Shown in pieces: positions 9,599-19,643 of a stretch of 64,000 nt of DNA; within the stretch, counting starts at the first letter, position 1, and each line of letters starts with the position of its first letter. This DNA comes from an uncultured Staphylococcaceae bacterium (GTDB lineage Bacteria; Bacillota_I; Bacilli_A; ML615J-28; CAG-313), in contig CAZDPJ010000006.1 of NCBI GenBank assembly GCA_964507405.1, positions 1,020-65,019 of the forward strand, in the 5' to 3' direction. The notes under the pieces are model-generated. The model saw only the letters and a program-made list of their open reading frames with translations. It was not told the DNA's origin and did no database searches. A program made the position numbers and the translations under genes.

Positions 9599-10108
9599 TT
9601 ATTCAAAGTCCTCTTCTGTTAATTCATCTTCTTCTACTTCGTCTTTTTCATTTTCAACTTCTGTTAATTCTCTTTCTGTTTCAGCATCCATATTTTCAAA
9701 TTCGCGAGCGATATCATCATCTTCATCTTCGTCAACATCATCTTCATCGTCTTCGTCTTCATCATCTGAAACATAATCTTCGTCGTAGATTTCATCTTTT
9801 AACTCATTCTTCTTAACGTCTTCATCATCATAGTAGATTTCTTCATAATCACCACCATCTTTATCTAAGACAGCTGTTGATTGACGTTCTTTTAAATCCC
9901 AACAATCATCACCACAATATACAAAAATTCCAGATTGCATAAAATCTAATATAAATTGTGCTGAATGGTCTTTTATCATTTGACCTTTATAGCCTTTTAA
10001 TTCCATTACTTCTGCCATTATTGCTAGTATTTTTTGAGGTTTACGCTTTTTTTGTAAGAGTTCTACAGCAAGTTCTAATAATGATTTATCTTTGTCTTTA
10101 GCTCCCAT
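9599..10108 (-). CDS. rpoE: RNA polymerase delta subunit
   Basis: 169 aa. N-terminal HARE-HTH-like domain (LLELAVELL...FILDFMQSGIFVY...WDLKERQ) plus a long Asp/Glu tail. Confidence 0.85.
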   Translation of the reverse strand: MGAKDKDKSLLELAVELLQKKRKPQKILAIMAEVMELKGYKGQMIKDHSAQFILDFMQSGIFVYCGDDCWDLKERQSTAVLDKDGGDYEEIYYDDEDVKKNELKDEIYDEDYVSDDEDEDDEDDVDEDEDDDIAREFENMDAETERELTEVENEKDEVEEDELTEEDFE

Positions 10109-10189
10109 GGTTATCCTCCTATATATTCATTAACTTTTTGTATTATACTATATTTTATTTAAAAATGCAAATCATTATCATTTTTATTT

Positions 10190-10393
10190 TTATATTAATG
10201 TATAAATCATAATTCCAACAAGTCCTGGTATTCGTAAAATACCAACGATTAGTAATGTAAAGATATTAATTGGTATATTTAAATTAAAATATGAACCAAT
10301 AAAATTAAATATAAATAAAGTAACAATGCCTATTAATAATGATTTAATCATATATTTAAAAAAGTCTAACAAATGCTTTAAAAAAGTTTTCAT
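10190..10393 (-). CDS. bofA: BofA-family pro-sigma-K processing inhibitor
   Basis: 67 aa, two TM helices. NLNIPINIFTLLIVGILRIPGLVG matches the BofA signature (..PINL.T....G.LGIPG..). Confidence 0.7.
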   Translation of the reverse strand: MKTFLKHLLDFFKYMIKSLLIGIVTLFIFNFIGSYFNLNIPINIFTLLIVGILRIPGLVGIMIYTLI

Positions 10394-10431
10394 ATATCCC
10401 CCTTATTATTATATAATATGAGGGATTATTT

Positions 10432-11148
10432 TTATTTATGATATTTGTTATATATATCAACATCAGTCATATTAAATGTTAATGGTGTAATTGATATATA
10501 TTCTTGTTTTATTGTTTGAATGTCTCCATATTCATCATCTAATAATGGATTAAATTTATCACAAATAGAGTGATATAATCCATCATCCCTTTGTTCATAT
10601 CTTGTTATATAAGTACTTTTAGTTTGATGAGTTATCCTAATTCCTTTTGATATTTTTGGAAGATTAACATTTAATACAACTTTTTCATTCCACAAATTGC
10701 TATTTAAGATATAGTTCATAGCATCATCAAAATATTTACTTCCTTCAAAACTATCATATCTACATGATACAGCAATTGCTTTTTTACCTTTCATCAAGCC
10801 TTCCATCGCAGCCGCAACTGTTCCTGAATATACAATATCATCACCTAAATTATATCCTCTATTAATTCCTGATACTACAACATCAATATCAAGTTTTAAT
10901 TGATTTATCGCAAAAACAACACAATCAGATGGAGTTCCACTTAAACTATATGTTAAAACGCCGTCATATATATCTTCTAATTTTTCTAGTTTTAATCCTT
11001 CTTTTATTGTTAAGGCGTGACTATTAGCTGATTTTTCTATACTAGGTGCAACAACTACAATTTTTTTAGCATAAGGAATTAACTTTTCAACAAGTAATTT
11101 TATTCCTTCTGCTTTAACTCCATCATCATTGACAACAAGTATATTCAT
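10432..11148 (-). CDS. surE: 5'/3'-nucleotidase SurE
   Basis: 238 aa. MNILVVNDDG..., SGINRGYNLGDDIVYSGTVAAAMEG. Its start overlaps the upstream stop by 1 nt (TAATG). Confidence 0.9.
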   Translation of the reverse strand: MNILVVNDDGVKAEGIKLLVEKLIPYAKKIVVVAPSIEKSANSHALTIKEGLKLEKLEDIYDGVLTYSLSGTPSDCVVFAINQLKLDIDVVVSGINRGYNLGDDIVYSGTVAAAMEGLMKGKKAIAVSCRYDSFEGSKYFDDAMNYILNSNLWNEKVVLNVNLPKISKGIRITHQTKSTYITRYEQRDDGLYHSICDKFNPLLDDEYGDIQTIKQEYISITPLTFNMTDVDIYNKYHK

Positions 11149-12158
11149 TAAAATACCTCCGGATGTTCCATTTTATATTCTTTTAATAAAGTATCAAGTT
11201 CTTTTAATAAACTCTTCATTTCTTTTTTAGAATAAATTGTCGCACCGGCAGCTTGGAGATGGCCTCCACCACGATAGTGAGTTGCAACTTCATTAATAGA
11301 AATAAATCTAGATCTAAGTCTTACTCTTATTTCTTTATCTGGTGATTCATCTATATTTGCTATGTTGTCACTTTTTTCTAACATTTGATCAACAAACGCA
11401 ACCCATATAGGTGACCCTTTAATTGAGTCAAGGCAATTAACTAAGTTTGCTGCATCTTCTTTTGTTACATTATATTTTTGCATTATTTCTTTAGTGAAAT
11501 ATATATATACTACTCCACTAGGAGTTGTTTTAAAATGATTATAGACATATCCTTCTAGTTTTAAGGTTTCCATACTTTTAATATATAATGACGGATATAT
11601 ATCTTCAGTATCAACACCTTGGCTAAGAAGCCAACCAGCATTACTTAAAGTATTTTCATTAACACCTCGATATCTAAATCTACCAGTATCAGTTACAATA
11701 CCAAGATATAGTCTTTCAGCAATGTCTTTATTAACCTTTAATCCATACTTTTGCCATTCTTTAAACATTCCAGCAAGAATTGATGAACAAGCAGGAGATG
11801 TTGGATCAACATACATTAAATCTCCATATTCAGGGGAATCATCATGATGATCTATTTTAATTAAGAATTTACCACTATTATATCTACCATCACATATTCT
11901 AGCCATTACAGCAGTATCAACCACAATAACAAGTGCTTCATTATATATATCATCACTAATTTCATCACTACTTCCGCACATTGATAAATATTCAGGTACT
12001 TTATCACCAACAGCATAGACATGTTTGTTTGGAAAATTAAATTCTATATATTTTTTTAATGCAAATTGTGAACCAATACAATCTCCATCAGGTCTTATAT
12101 GACGATGAATAATGATTGTATCATATTTTTTTATTTGTTCTAAAATTTTATCAAACAT
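11148..12158 (-). CDS. DHH/DHHA1 phosphoesterase, NrnA-like (nanoRNase/pAp phosphatase), copy 2
   Basis: 336 aa. HRHIRPDGDCIGSQ, IDHHDD and GGGHLQAAG. Confidence 0.85.
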   Translation of the reverse strand: MFDKILEQIKKYDTIIIHRHIRPDGDCIGSQFALKKYIEFNFPNKHVYAVGDKVPEYLSMCGSSDEISDDIYNEALVIVVDTAVMARICDGRYNSGKFLIKIDHHDDSPEYGDLMYVDPTSPACSSILAGMFKEWQKYGLKVNKDIAERLYLGIVTDTGRFRYRGVNENTLSNAGWLLSQGVDTEDIYPSLYIKSMETLKLEGYVYNHFKTTPSGVVYIYFTKEIMQKYNVTKEDAANLVNCLDSIKGSPIWVAFVDQMLEKSDNIANIDESPDKEIRVRLRSRFISINEVATHYRGGGHLQAAGATIYSKKEMKSLLKELDTLLKEYKMEHPEVF

Positions 12159-12160
12159 CT

Positions 12161-13096
12161 TTATTCTCCTTTTGCTACTTTATTTAATTCATTTATTACT
12201 TTTTCAACATCACCTAGACTATCGATTGTACAACCACTAGCTTGTAAGTGACCACCACCACCAAACATCGTAGCAACTACATTGATATTTAATCCCGCTG
12301 ACCTAATTTCAACAAATACTTTACCATCTACATTTTCCGTAAAGTTAACCCAAATTTTTACTTCTTCTATTCCAGCCATAATGTTAACCATACCACGAGA
12401 TATATCAAATACAGTTGTATTATATTTAATTACATCTTCTTTTGTATTAATTAAATATGCAACACCATCACTTGTAATTTGAAATTTAGTTGTTAGATAT
12501 GCTCTTAGTTTTACAGTTTCTAGCTTTTCAGTATACAATTTATTATATATATATTCTGTATCAATATTATATTCAAGTAACTTACCAGCAATACTATAGG
12601 TTTTAGGTGTAGTACTAGAATATCTAAATCTACCACTATCAGTGACAATACCAGTAAATAAAAGAGAAGCTCCTTTTGTTGTTAGTTTCATTCCAGTATT
12701 AAAAATAAAATCACTAATAATTCCTGCACAACTTTCAAATGATGTATCAACAAAAGCTATATCACCATATTCACCTTGAGGTATATGATGATCAATTTTA
12801 ATTATTTTCTTGCCTTTTAAATATCTATCATCACTAATTAATTTATCTGTTCCACAGTCAACAACAATAACTAAAGCATCATTATATATATCATCACTAA
12901 TTTCATCCATATTTCCCATCCAAAAATAACGTTCTGAGCGGTCACCTACCACGAATACACGTTTATCTGGGAAAGTGGCTAGAATCGCTTCTTTTAGCCC
13001 CATTTGAGAACCTAATGCATCACCATCAGGTTTTGTATGTCTATGAATAATAATGGTATTATTGTTTTTAATTTCTTGATAAATAGTTTTATACAT
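12161..13096 (-). CDS. DHH/DHHA1 phosphoesterase, NrnA-like, copy 1
   Basis: 311 aa. HRHTKPDGDALGSQ, IDHHIP and GGGHLQASG. Clearly paralogous to the downstream gene. Confidence 0.85.
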   Translation of the reverse strand: MYKTIYQEIKNNNTIIIHRHTKPDGDALGSQMGLKEAILATFPDKRVFVVGDRSERYFWMGNMDEISDDIYNDALVIVVDCGTDKLISDDRYLKGKKIIKIDHHIPQGEYGDIAFVDTSFESCAGIISDFIFNTGMKLTTKGASLLFTGIVTDSGRFRYSSTTPKTYSIAGKLLEYNIDTEYIYNKLYTEKLETVKLRAYLTTKFQITSDGVAYLINTKEDVIKYNTTVFDISRGMVNIMAGIEEVKIWVNFTENVDGKVFVEIRSAGLNINVVATMFGGGGHLQASGCTIDSLGDVEKVINELNKVAKGE

Positions 13097-13220
13097 ATAT
13101 ATCTCCTTATAATTTATTTGATTAATCTCTATAAGGTATTATATCACATTATTTATTTTTTCTAAAGAAAAAGACTACTAAGAATAAAATCTTAATAGTC
13201 TTATTTATTTTTAAATTATA

Positions 13221-16200
13221 CTATTCAGCAAATGTAATAGTAATAGAAGTTACTCTCCATTGTTTATCATATGATAAAACAATTTCATCAGTACCAGTTT
13301 CACATGAAATAGTCCATGCTTTTCCTTCGTTTGAAACAGAAACATTTTTATCACTGCAGTTAATAACAGCATTCTTATCATGCACATCAGTAAATTCTAT
13401 TTTAGTAATTTTTTTACCATTTTTAGCAGTGATAGCGAATGAACTTCCTTGATATACTCTAAGTTGAGCTGCGCTTACATTAATATTTGTATTAGATTCT
13501 GCTTTATTAATTACAATTTCATAATCAGCATTTGCAGGAGCAATTACTAATGTATTACCATCTGTTGTATAAGTGTCTTTAACCCAAGTAAATACTACTT
13601 GATTAGCAGGAACAACCGTACCTTCAAGAACTTTTTCACCTAATTGAACTAACCAACCATTTTTAGTTTGTTTTGTTCCATTGTAATTTGAAAGAATACC
13701 ATAAATAACTACAGCATCACCAACTTTTGGTTTATCAGTTGTCATAGCATCAAAACGAACTTTACCATCTGCATTATATAATCCATATATTTTCCATATA
13801 TTACCAGCTACATCTTCAATATCCATATTTCCATAAGTATCATTTGTAATCTCCTTAACATAACCAGCTACATAATATTTTTCTGTTGTTGCATCATCTT
13901 TATTTGGAACAAGCGCACCAAGTTCTTCATAAGTTTTAACTTCGAAATCAGTTTCAATTTCTGTTTTAACAATTGGATCTGGATCTGGTTTAGGGTCAGG
14001 AGCTACTTCTTTAGATGCAGTATAGAAATGACCAACGAATGAAGTACTAGCATATTTAACATTGCTTCCGCTCATAGTTGTATAAGTATTATATGCACCT
14101 AAATAGTAAGTAGTAGTTCCATCACTTACTTGGTTAGTAACTGTAGTAACAATTGTATTATATTCACTATTCCATGTCCAAACATTTAATGGAGTTGTAC
14201 CTAATGAAAGTAGTGACGTATCTTTACCAGTGTTACTATTTGTTGAAGCTTCTAAATTAATATAAGTTTTTGTTTCACCATTTAAGAAATATACATGATA
14301 TCCACCTTCAACTTTTTCAACATAAAGTTTAGCAGCTTCATATCCATGTTCTGTAGTCTGATAGAAATTACCACTCATTTCACCAAGGAAATATAATCTA
14401 GCATTTTCTTTATTTTTTTGAATTAAAGAATAGTTATAAGCTACACCTTCTTTTAATTCAGTAATAATTGTATCATGACTTGGTTCAGGCATAACAACTT
14501 CTTCATCACCTACAAAGTATTCACCTTCACGGCCACTAAAGATTACACGAACATCACCAGAGAAATCAGCTTTTTGATTTCCATAGAAATAAACAAATAG
14601 AGTTACTCTTGTGTCAGTACCTGCAACAGCTGTAACAGCTTCAGGAACTGTTGAATAATATAAACTAATCTTCTTAGCATCTGCACTTTGAGATTCTGCT
14701 AAATAATAATAAGTAGTATCACCAGATGTATCAGCAACAACAACACCTTCAACCATTAAATATTGTCCGTAAGGAGCATTTTTAGATGTAGCAGCAACAA
14801 TTTCTGCGATTGTAGCTTCAGTAGGAACGCTCATATTCCAAGTTGCTTCTTCATGAGAAACATATTTAATAATAGAACCAATTTGAGGAGTACCATTGAA
14901 ATAATTAATTACACCAATAAATTCTACTTTATCACCAACGTTAACAGTTTTTTTAACATCACCAACTTTAATACCATCTTTCGTTCCAACATAAACTAAG
15001 ATATTTCCAGTTGCATCTTTTAAGTAATAGTTTTTATAACTACTAAATAATACATCAACTGTACCAGAAAGTTGAACAACGTCACCTTTTTCAAGTTTAA
15101 CAGCTTCATCAACTGTAGCAGTAGTTAATTTCTTAACAGTAATTTTAACTTCAACAACTTGAGTTAATTCACCAACAGTAACTGTTGCTTTGAAAGTAAC
15201 ATCAGTGTTGTTAGCTACTTCAGTAAATGCGTTATCAGCATAAGGAGCATCGCTAGGAATATCCCAAGCAATTGTTGCATCAACATCTTTGTTTTCAACA
15301 GGTAACACTAATTTAGAATAAGATGCATAAGAACCAGCTAATGCTTCAACTTCTTTAACAGCAATTGATAATTTATCTTCATCTGTTAATGTAGGAGCTT
15401 CAGCTTCTTCAATTCCACCATCCCATAATAAATGATTCTTTAAGATACGAGAGTCTCTATCATAAGTAACACCAGTAATAATAACATATTTACCAACATA
15501 TGATTTTAAGATTTCTTCTTGTGCAGTACTATAAGATTTGTAATAAACCCATGCAGTTTCGCCTGTATAAGGGTCAAGTAATTTATATTGATCTTTAGTT
15601 GTTTCATTATATTCAGATTCAACTTTAGCATATAATTTATAAAGGTCACCACCTAAATAACCAATAACGTTTTGAAGATTATCACCAGCACGTTCTTGTT
15701 CCCAAGCATCAATTGTTTTTTCTGTATATTCAGGAACTTCAATTCCACGGTCTTCAACAACTTTTACAGCAATATTGCTTCCAACTTGTAAACTTCCATA
15801 ATAAGAATAAATATCACCAGTAACATATACAGTATCACCAACTTTAACATCAGCACTCTTATAAACATAAATACCAGCAGTACCATCATGAACCATGAAT
15901 TGACCACTACCATCAGAATTTAATTTTGCTGTAACAACACCGTAGAATCCTACAGAATAAGTTGTATCACTTGCAGAAACTAATGCTTTATCAACTTTTT
16001 TCTCATTGTAAATATAATCGTAAGCATTTGCTTTTACTTCAGCAATTGTTCCAAAATCACCATCGAAACAAAGTACTGTAAATTCAAAATTCTTTGATTT
16101 TTTATATGAATCAGTCTTTTCTTCACCATTTGATTCATATGTATATTCAACTTCTGCAGTAGCAACTAGTTTAACAGGAACATGATAATAATCAACTTCT

Positions 16201-16535
16201 GTTGTACCAGTTTTATATACTGCTTCTGCTTTTTCATGACTAGGAGATGGTTGATTTACTTCACCAGTTGTAGAAATAACATCTGGTACACTACTAGACC
16301 ATTCAATACTAACACCAGCAACTGAAGATACAAGATTTAAATTATCTGTAATATTATCCATTGCTTCAGGTGCCCATAATAATTTCTTTAATGCAGTTTC
16401 AACTGTTTGTTTAGCTTCATCTCTTTTTTCTGTTTTATCAGATTGGCTATTGTTTTGACATCCAAATAAAACAAATACTAAGGCGATTAAAGCAACAAAG
16501 CTTAACATTTTTTTACCTAATTTGGTAATAGACAT
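13221..16535 (-). CDS. 1104-aa surface lipoprotein with Ig-like domains and at least four OB-fold-like segments
   Basis: Lipobox LFGC. Recurrent pattern G(D/N)xVxVxGxIxxYxGxxQ(I/V/T) at four places, e.g. VGDTVYVTGDIYSYYGSLQVGS, VGDKVEFIGVINYFNGTPQIGS, VGDAVVIYGILSNYNGTKQTKNG. The same pattern occurs in the adjacent nuclease. Confidence 0.7.
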   Translation of the reverse strand: MSITKLGKKMLSFVALIALVFVLFGCQNNSQSDKTEKRDEAKQTVETALKKLLWAPEAMDNITDNLNLVSSVAGVSIEWSSSVPDVISTTGEVNQPSPSHEKAEAVYKTGTTEVDYYHVPVKLVATAEVEYTYESNGEEKTDSYKKSKNFEFTVLCFDGDFGTIAEVKANAYDYIYNEKKVDKALVSASDTTYSVGFYGVVTAKLNSDGSGQFMVHDGTAGIYVYKSADVKVGDTVYVTGDIYSYYGSLQVGSNIAVKVVEDRGIEVPEYTEKTIDAWEQERAGDNLQNVIGYLGGDLYKLYAKVESEYNETTKDQYKLLDPYTGETAWVYYKSYSTAQEEILKSYVGKYVIITGVTYDRDSRILKNHLLWDGGIEEAEAPTLTDEDKLSIAVKEVEALAGSYASYSKLVLPVENKDVDATIAWDIPSDAPYADNAFTEVANNTDVTFKATVTVGELTQVVEVKITVKKLTTATVDEAVKLEKGDVVQLSGTVDVLFSSYKNYYLKDATGNILVYVGTKDGIKVGDVKKTVNVGDKVEFIGVINYFNGTPQIGSIIKYVSHEEATWNMSVPTEATIAEIVAATSKNAPYGQYLMVEGVVVADTSGDTTYYYLAESQSADAKKISLYYSTVPEAVTAVAGTDTRVTLFVYFYGNQKADFSGDVRVIFSGREGEYFVGDEEVVMPEPSHDTIITELKEGVAYNYSLIQKNKENARLYFLGEMSGNFYQTTEHGYEAAKLYVEKVEGGYHVYFLNGETKTYINLEASTNSNTGKDTSLLSLGTTPLNVWTWNSEYNTIVTTVTNQVSDGTTTYYLGAYNTYTTMSGSNVKYASTSFVGHFYTASKEVAPDPKPDPDPIVKTEIETDFEVKTYEELGALVPNKDDATTEKYYVAGYVKEITNDTYGNMDIEDVAGNIWKIYGLYNADGKVRFDAMTTDKPKVGDAVVIYGILSNYNGTKQTKNGWLVQLGEKVLEGTVVPANQVVFTWVKDTYTTDGNTLVIAPANADYEIVINKAESNTNINVSAAQLRVYQGSSFAITAKNGKKITKIEFTDVHDKNAVINCSDKNVSVSNEGKAWTISCETGTDEIVLSYDKQWRVTSITITFAE

Positions 16536-16596
16536 ACTTTTCTTTTCCTCCTATTGTATGTTTTATATATATTAATTTTAATAATTAATATCAATA

Positions 16597-18144
16597 CTAT
16601 TCATTAACTTCGTATTCAATGTCTTCCATACGAGTTAACATTAATTGTACGCTACCATCATGTTTTCCATTATCAGATGGATCATAGTAGCCAAGGACGC
16701 AAATTAAAGATTTAAATGTTTTACCTTTAAAATACTCACCTGTATCAATTCTGTTTCCATCAGGATCTAATAAAGTAATATTATTATCAATACGAATAGT
16801 AACAGTTTGTCTATGATTATCTACATCATAATATTCAGCAGTAAGAGTAGTTGCATTACTCTTATCATTCTTAGCATCATAATAACTAATAACCTTTAAT
16901 GGAGTAGTTACTTTAATAATATTTCCTAGATTATATACTTCATCTTCTAAATAATTCTTAAGGTCTTCAACTTCATTAATAACAATCTTATCACTATCAC
17001 CAAAGGATTGAACATTAGTATTACGTTGAGTAACACTAGATATTTGAAGAGAACCATTATAATATCCAATTGTTCCAGATACAATAACAGTATTTCCTAC
17101 AACTAACCTATTGTTTAAATTATAACCGCCATATAGATATACACCATATGTTTCAACTTTACCATTATCATCATATTCTGCAGTTTGTTGGATATAAGCA
17201 GAGTTAGCGCCTACCATTCTTGTGATAACGCCACTTACACGTACTTTTTTACCAACATCTTTTGAATTTAATATTGCTTCTGTTGTACCATAATTTTCAT
17301 GTAGTTCTTTTAATGACATATCTGTATAAGATGTTGAATAATCATAATCAGGGTCTTTTTCACCATAAATTCTTACCTTTGCTTGTAACGCAGGAGTTAA
17401 AGCAGAAGTAAATTCTTTGCTTAATGTAGTATCACTAGCTTTACTATTAGCAAGAGCTAGTTCAACAAGTTCTAAATTTAATAATCTACCATCAACCCAA
17501 ACCCAAGCAAGATATCTATTTCCTGTTGTATCAACATTGTCTTTACCAGGTTTTCCATTATCTGTTTGTAATACTATTGTTTTAGCATTTTTTAAAGCTT
17601 CTTTTGTGTGTTTTGATGCAGCAAATCCCCAAGGTTCAACTTTATATGTAGATTCTGGAGTATCAATACCTTCATAACGAATTGTTATAGCTTGATTGCC
17701 ACATTTAAAAATTGTTGTATCACCGTCAACATATTGTTGAACAGTAACTTCACCAATACCATCTTCTAAGAAATTTTTACCTTCATAGGTTTCTGTTAAT
17801 TCAATAGAATCAGTTACTGGAGTATTATAATTAAATACTTGTTTTACTTGATAATGAGCAACTAATGTTACATCACTATTTGTATCAGCGGAAATAGATG
17901 TTACTTTTTTATCATCTATATACCAACCAATAAAAGAATGTCCTTCTTTTGTTGCAGCAGGAAGGGTATCAATACCCTTTCCTTGTTCAAATTTTTCTGT
18001 ATAAATAGATTCACCATTTACAGTTCCACCGTCAGCATCAAATGTTGCGGTATAAGTTGTAGTTGTTGTTACACAACTTGTTATTGCAAATAAAAATGCA
18101 ACAACTAAAAATAGACTTAATATTTTCTTTTTCATTTTAATCAC
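16597..18144 (-). CDS. surface lipoprotein nuclease: Listeria-Bacteroides (Flg_new) repeat + staphylococcal-nuclease (SNase) domain + OB-fold-like domain
   Basis: 515 aa. Lipobox ITSC. KEGHSFIGWY repeat. SNase core GDTTIF...IRYEGIDTPES...FAASKHTKEAL...NRYLAWVWVDGRLLNLELVELALA. C-terminal VGNTVIVSGTIGYYNGSLQISS. The start could instead be the ATG at 18135. Confidence 0.85.
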   Translation of the reverse strand: MIKMKKKILSLFLVVAFLFAITSCVTTTTTYTATFDADGGTVNGESIYTEKFEQGKGIDTLPAATKEGHSFIGWYIDDKKVTSISADTNSDVTLVAHYQVKQVFNYNTPVTDSIELTETYEGKNFLEDGIGEVTVQQYVDGDTTIFKCGNQAITIRYEGIDTPESTYKVEPWGFAASKHTKEALKNAKTIVLQTDNGKPGKDNVDTTGNRYLAWVWVDGRLLNLELVELALANSKASDTTLSKEFTSALTPALQAKVRIYGEKDPDYDYSTSYTDMSLKELHENYGTTEAILNSKDVGKKVRVSGVITRMVGANSAYIQQTAEYDDNGKVETYGVYLYGGYNLNNRLVVGNTVIVSGTIGYYNGSLQISSVTQRNTNVQSFGDSDKIVINEVEDLKNYLEDEVYNLGNIIKVTTPLKVISYYDAKNDKSNATTLTAEYYDVDNHRQTVTIRIDNNITLLDPDGNRIDTGEYFKGKTFKSLICVLGYYDPSDNGKHDGSVQLMLTRMEDIEYEVNE

Positions 18145-18154
18145 GAGTTTATAC

Positions 18155-19597
18155 TTATTTTAATGCATTTTTAACTGCTTGATAAGCAACATTAATTTCA
18201 GTATTACTATATAAAACTTGTTGTACTAAAGTTTCAACTTCATCACGAGCTTTACTTGAACCATAGAATGCAACGTTTGTATAGAACCAATCTTGTTGTT
18301 CTAGACCAACTTTTTGAGCTTTATTTTGAAGAGTAGGACGATAAACAATTTGTCCTTGTTCATCTCTCATCTTACCAGAAATGTGTTCTTGATATTCATT
18401 TGAATTTAATACGTCTTTTCTAATTGGGAAATAAGAAGTTTCAGTACACCATAATAATGCTGATTCATAGTTAGTTAAATACTTCATAAATAACCAACCA
18501 GCAAGTTCTTCTTGAGCATCTGCACACTTAAATAATGAAACGTTTGTACCTTGTTGAATAACTTGAGGATTATTTACATCTTTTTGAGGATAAGGAGCAA
18601 CACCAACTTCAAATGAGTTATCAGTAGGTTGGTTGTAACTTGCACCCGCACTTGAACCTAATGTCATAACGATTTGACCAGCTTTAAATGCATCTGAAGA
18701 ATAGTTAGTACCAAAGTAAGAAGTAGTTACTAGATTACCTTGATCAAATTGGTTTTTATACCAAGAAACAGCAGATTTAGATTCTTCACTAGTTAAGAAT
18801 GCATATTGACCATTGCCTTTAGAATCGAACTTAGTATATTCGCCACCCCATTGTTGAGTGAAAGTGATAAATAAGTTACTTTCAGAGTCATATGAGAAAC
18901 CAGCAACTTTTTTGTTATCGCTCTTTAATTTACTATATTCAGTAGTAGTTTTAAATTTTTCAGCAACTTCAGCTACATCATCCCATGTTTGAGGAACTTC
19001 CCAATTATATTTATCAAACATAGTTTTGTTATAGTATAAAACTTCTGTTGATTTATTGAATGGAAGACTATACATTGTTCCAACCGAGTCATAGATTGTA
19101 CCTTCAGCATAGAAACCATCGATATATTGATTACGTTCTTCTTTTGATAAACCAATGATATCTTCAGTACCATCAGAAAGAGTAACTAGTTTTGTAGATT
19201 CAATATATGAATTTAATTCTCTAACAACATCACCATTTAAGTATAATGCAACATGGTCAGGATATGTTTGAGCAAGTGTTGGTAATTCTTCAGCTGCAAC
19301 ACCATTAGAGATTGTATCTCTTAATGTATCATAATCACCAAGTGATGTTTGAACAACTGTTATATTTGGATATGCTTCTTGAAAGTTTTCAATGATTTGA
19401 GCAATAATATCTTGATTAGCTTTACCCATTGCGTGCCAGAAATTTACTGTAATATCTTTTGTTGTGTCTAATTCAGGAACGTCAACGATAACGATGTCAG
19501 TTGGACCTTTTTTACCGCCATCGTCTTCATTGCCACCGCAGCTAACGATTACGAATAAAGAAGCTACAACAACTAATAAACTTAAAAATTTTTTCAT
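18155..19597 (-). CDS. ABC transporter substrate-binding lipoprotein (family-1 / CUT1-like)
   Basis: 480 aa. Lipobox IVSCGG. General SBP family-1 look (FWHAMG...LPTLAQTYPDH...). Confidence 0.8.
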   Translation of the reverse strand: MKKFLSLLVVVASLFVIVSCGGNEDDGGKKGPTDIVIVDVPELDTTKDITVNFWHAMGKANQDIIAQIIENFQEAYPNITVVQTSLGDYDTLRDTISNGVAAEELPTLAQTYPDHVALYLNGDVVRELNSYIESTKLVTLSDGTEDIIGLSKEERNQYIDGFYAEGTIYDSVGTMYSLPFNKSTEVLYYNKTMFDKYNWEVPQTWDDVAEVAEKFKTTTEYSKLKSDNKKVAGFSYDSESNLFITFTQQWGGEYTKFDSKGNGQYAFLTSEESKSAVSWYKNQFDQGNLVTTSYFGTNYSSDAFKAGQIVMTLGSSAGASYNQPTDNSFEVGVAPYPQKDVNNPQVIQQGTNVSLFKCADAQEELAGWLFMKYLTNYESALLWCTETSYFPIRKDVLNSNEYQEHISGKMRDEQGQIVYRPTLQNKAQKVGLEQQDWFYTNVAFYGSSKARDEVETLVQQVLYSNTEINVAYQAVKNALK

Positions 19598-19643
19598 TTT
19601 CTTCTCCTTTTTTTTTTATATTTTTGCTAAACTACGTTTAGTT

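Noticed and set aside
9543-9776. A 77-aa poly-Ser ORF on the plus strand.
   Set aside because: It is the antisense reading of the GAA/GAT-rich acidic tail of rpoE, so it is a compositional artefact.
18973-19173. A 66-aa same-strand ORF nested inside the SBP gene.
   Set aside because: It is an out-of-frame internal ORF within a well-supported 480-aa lipoprotein gene, and it has no RBS.
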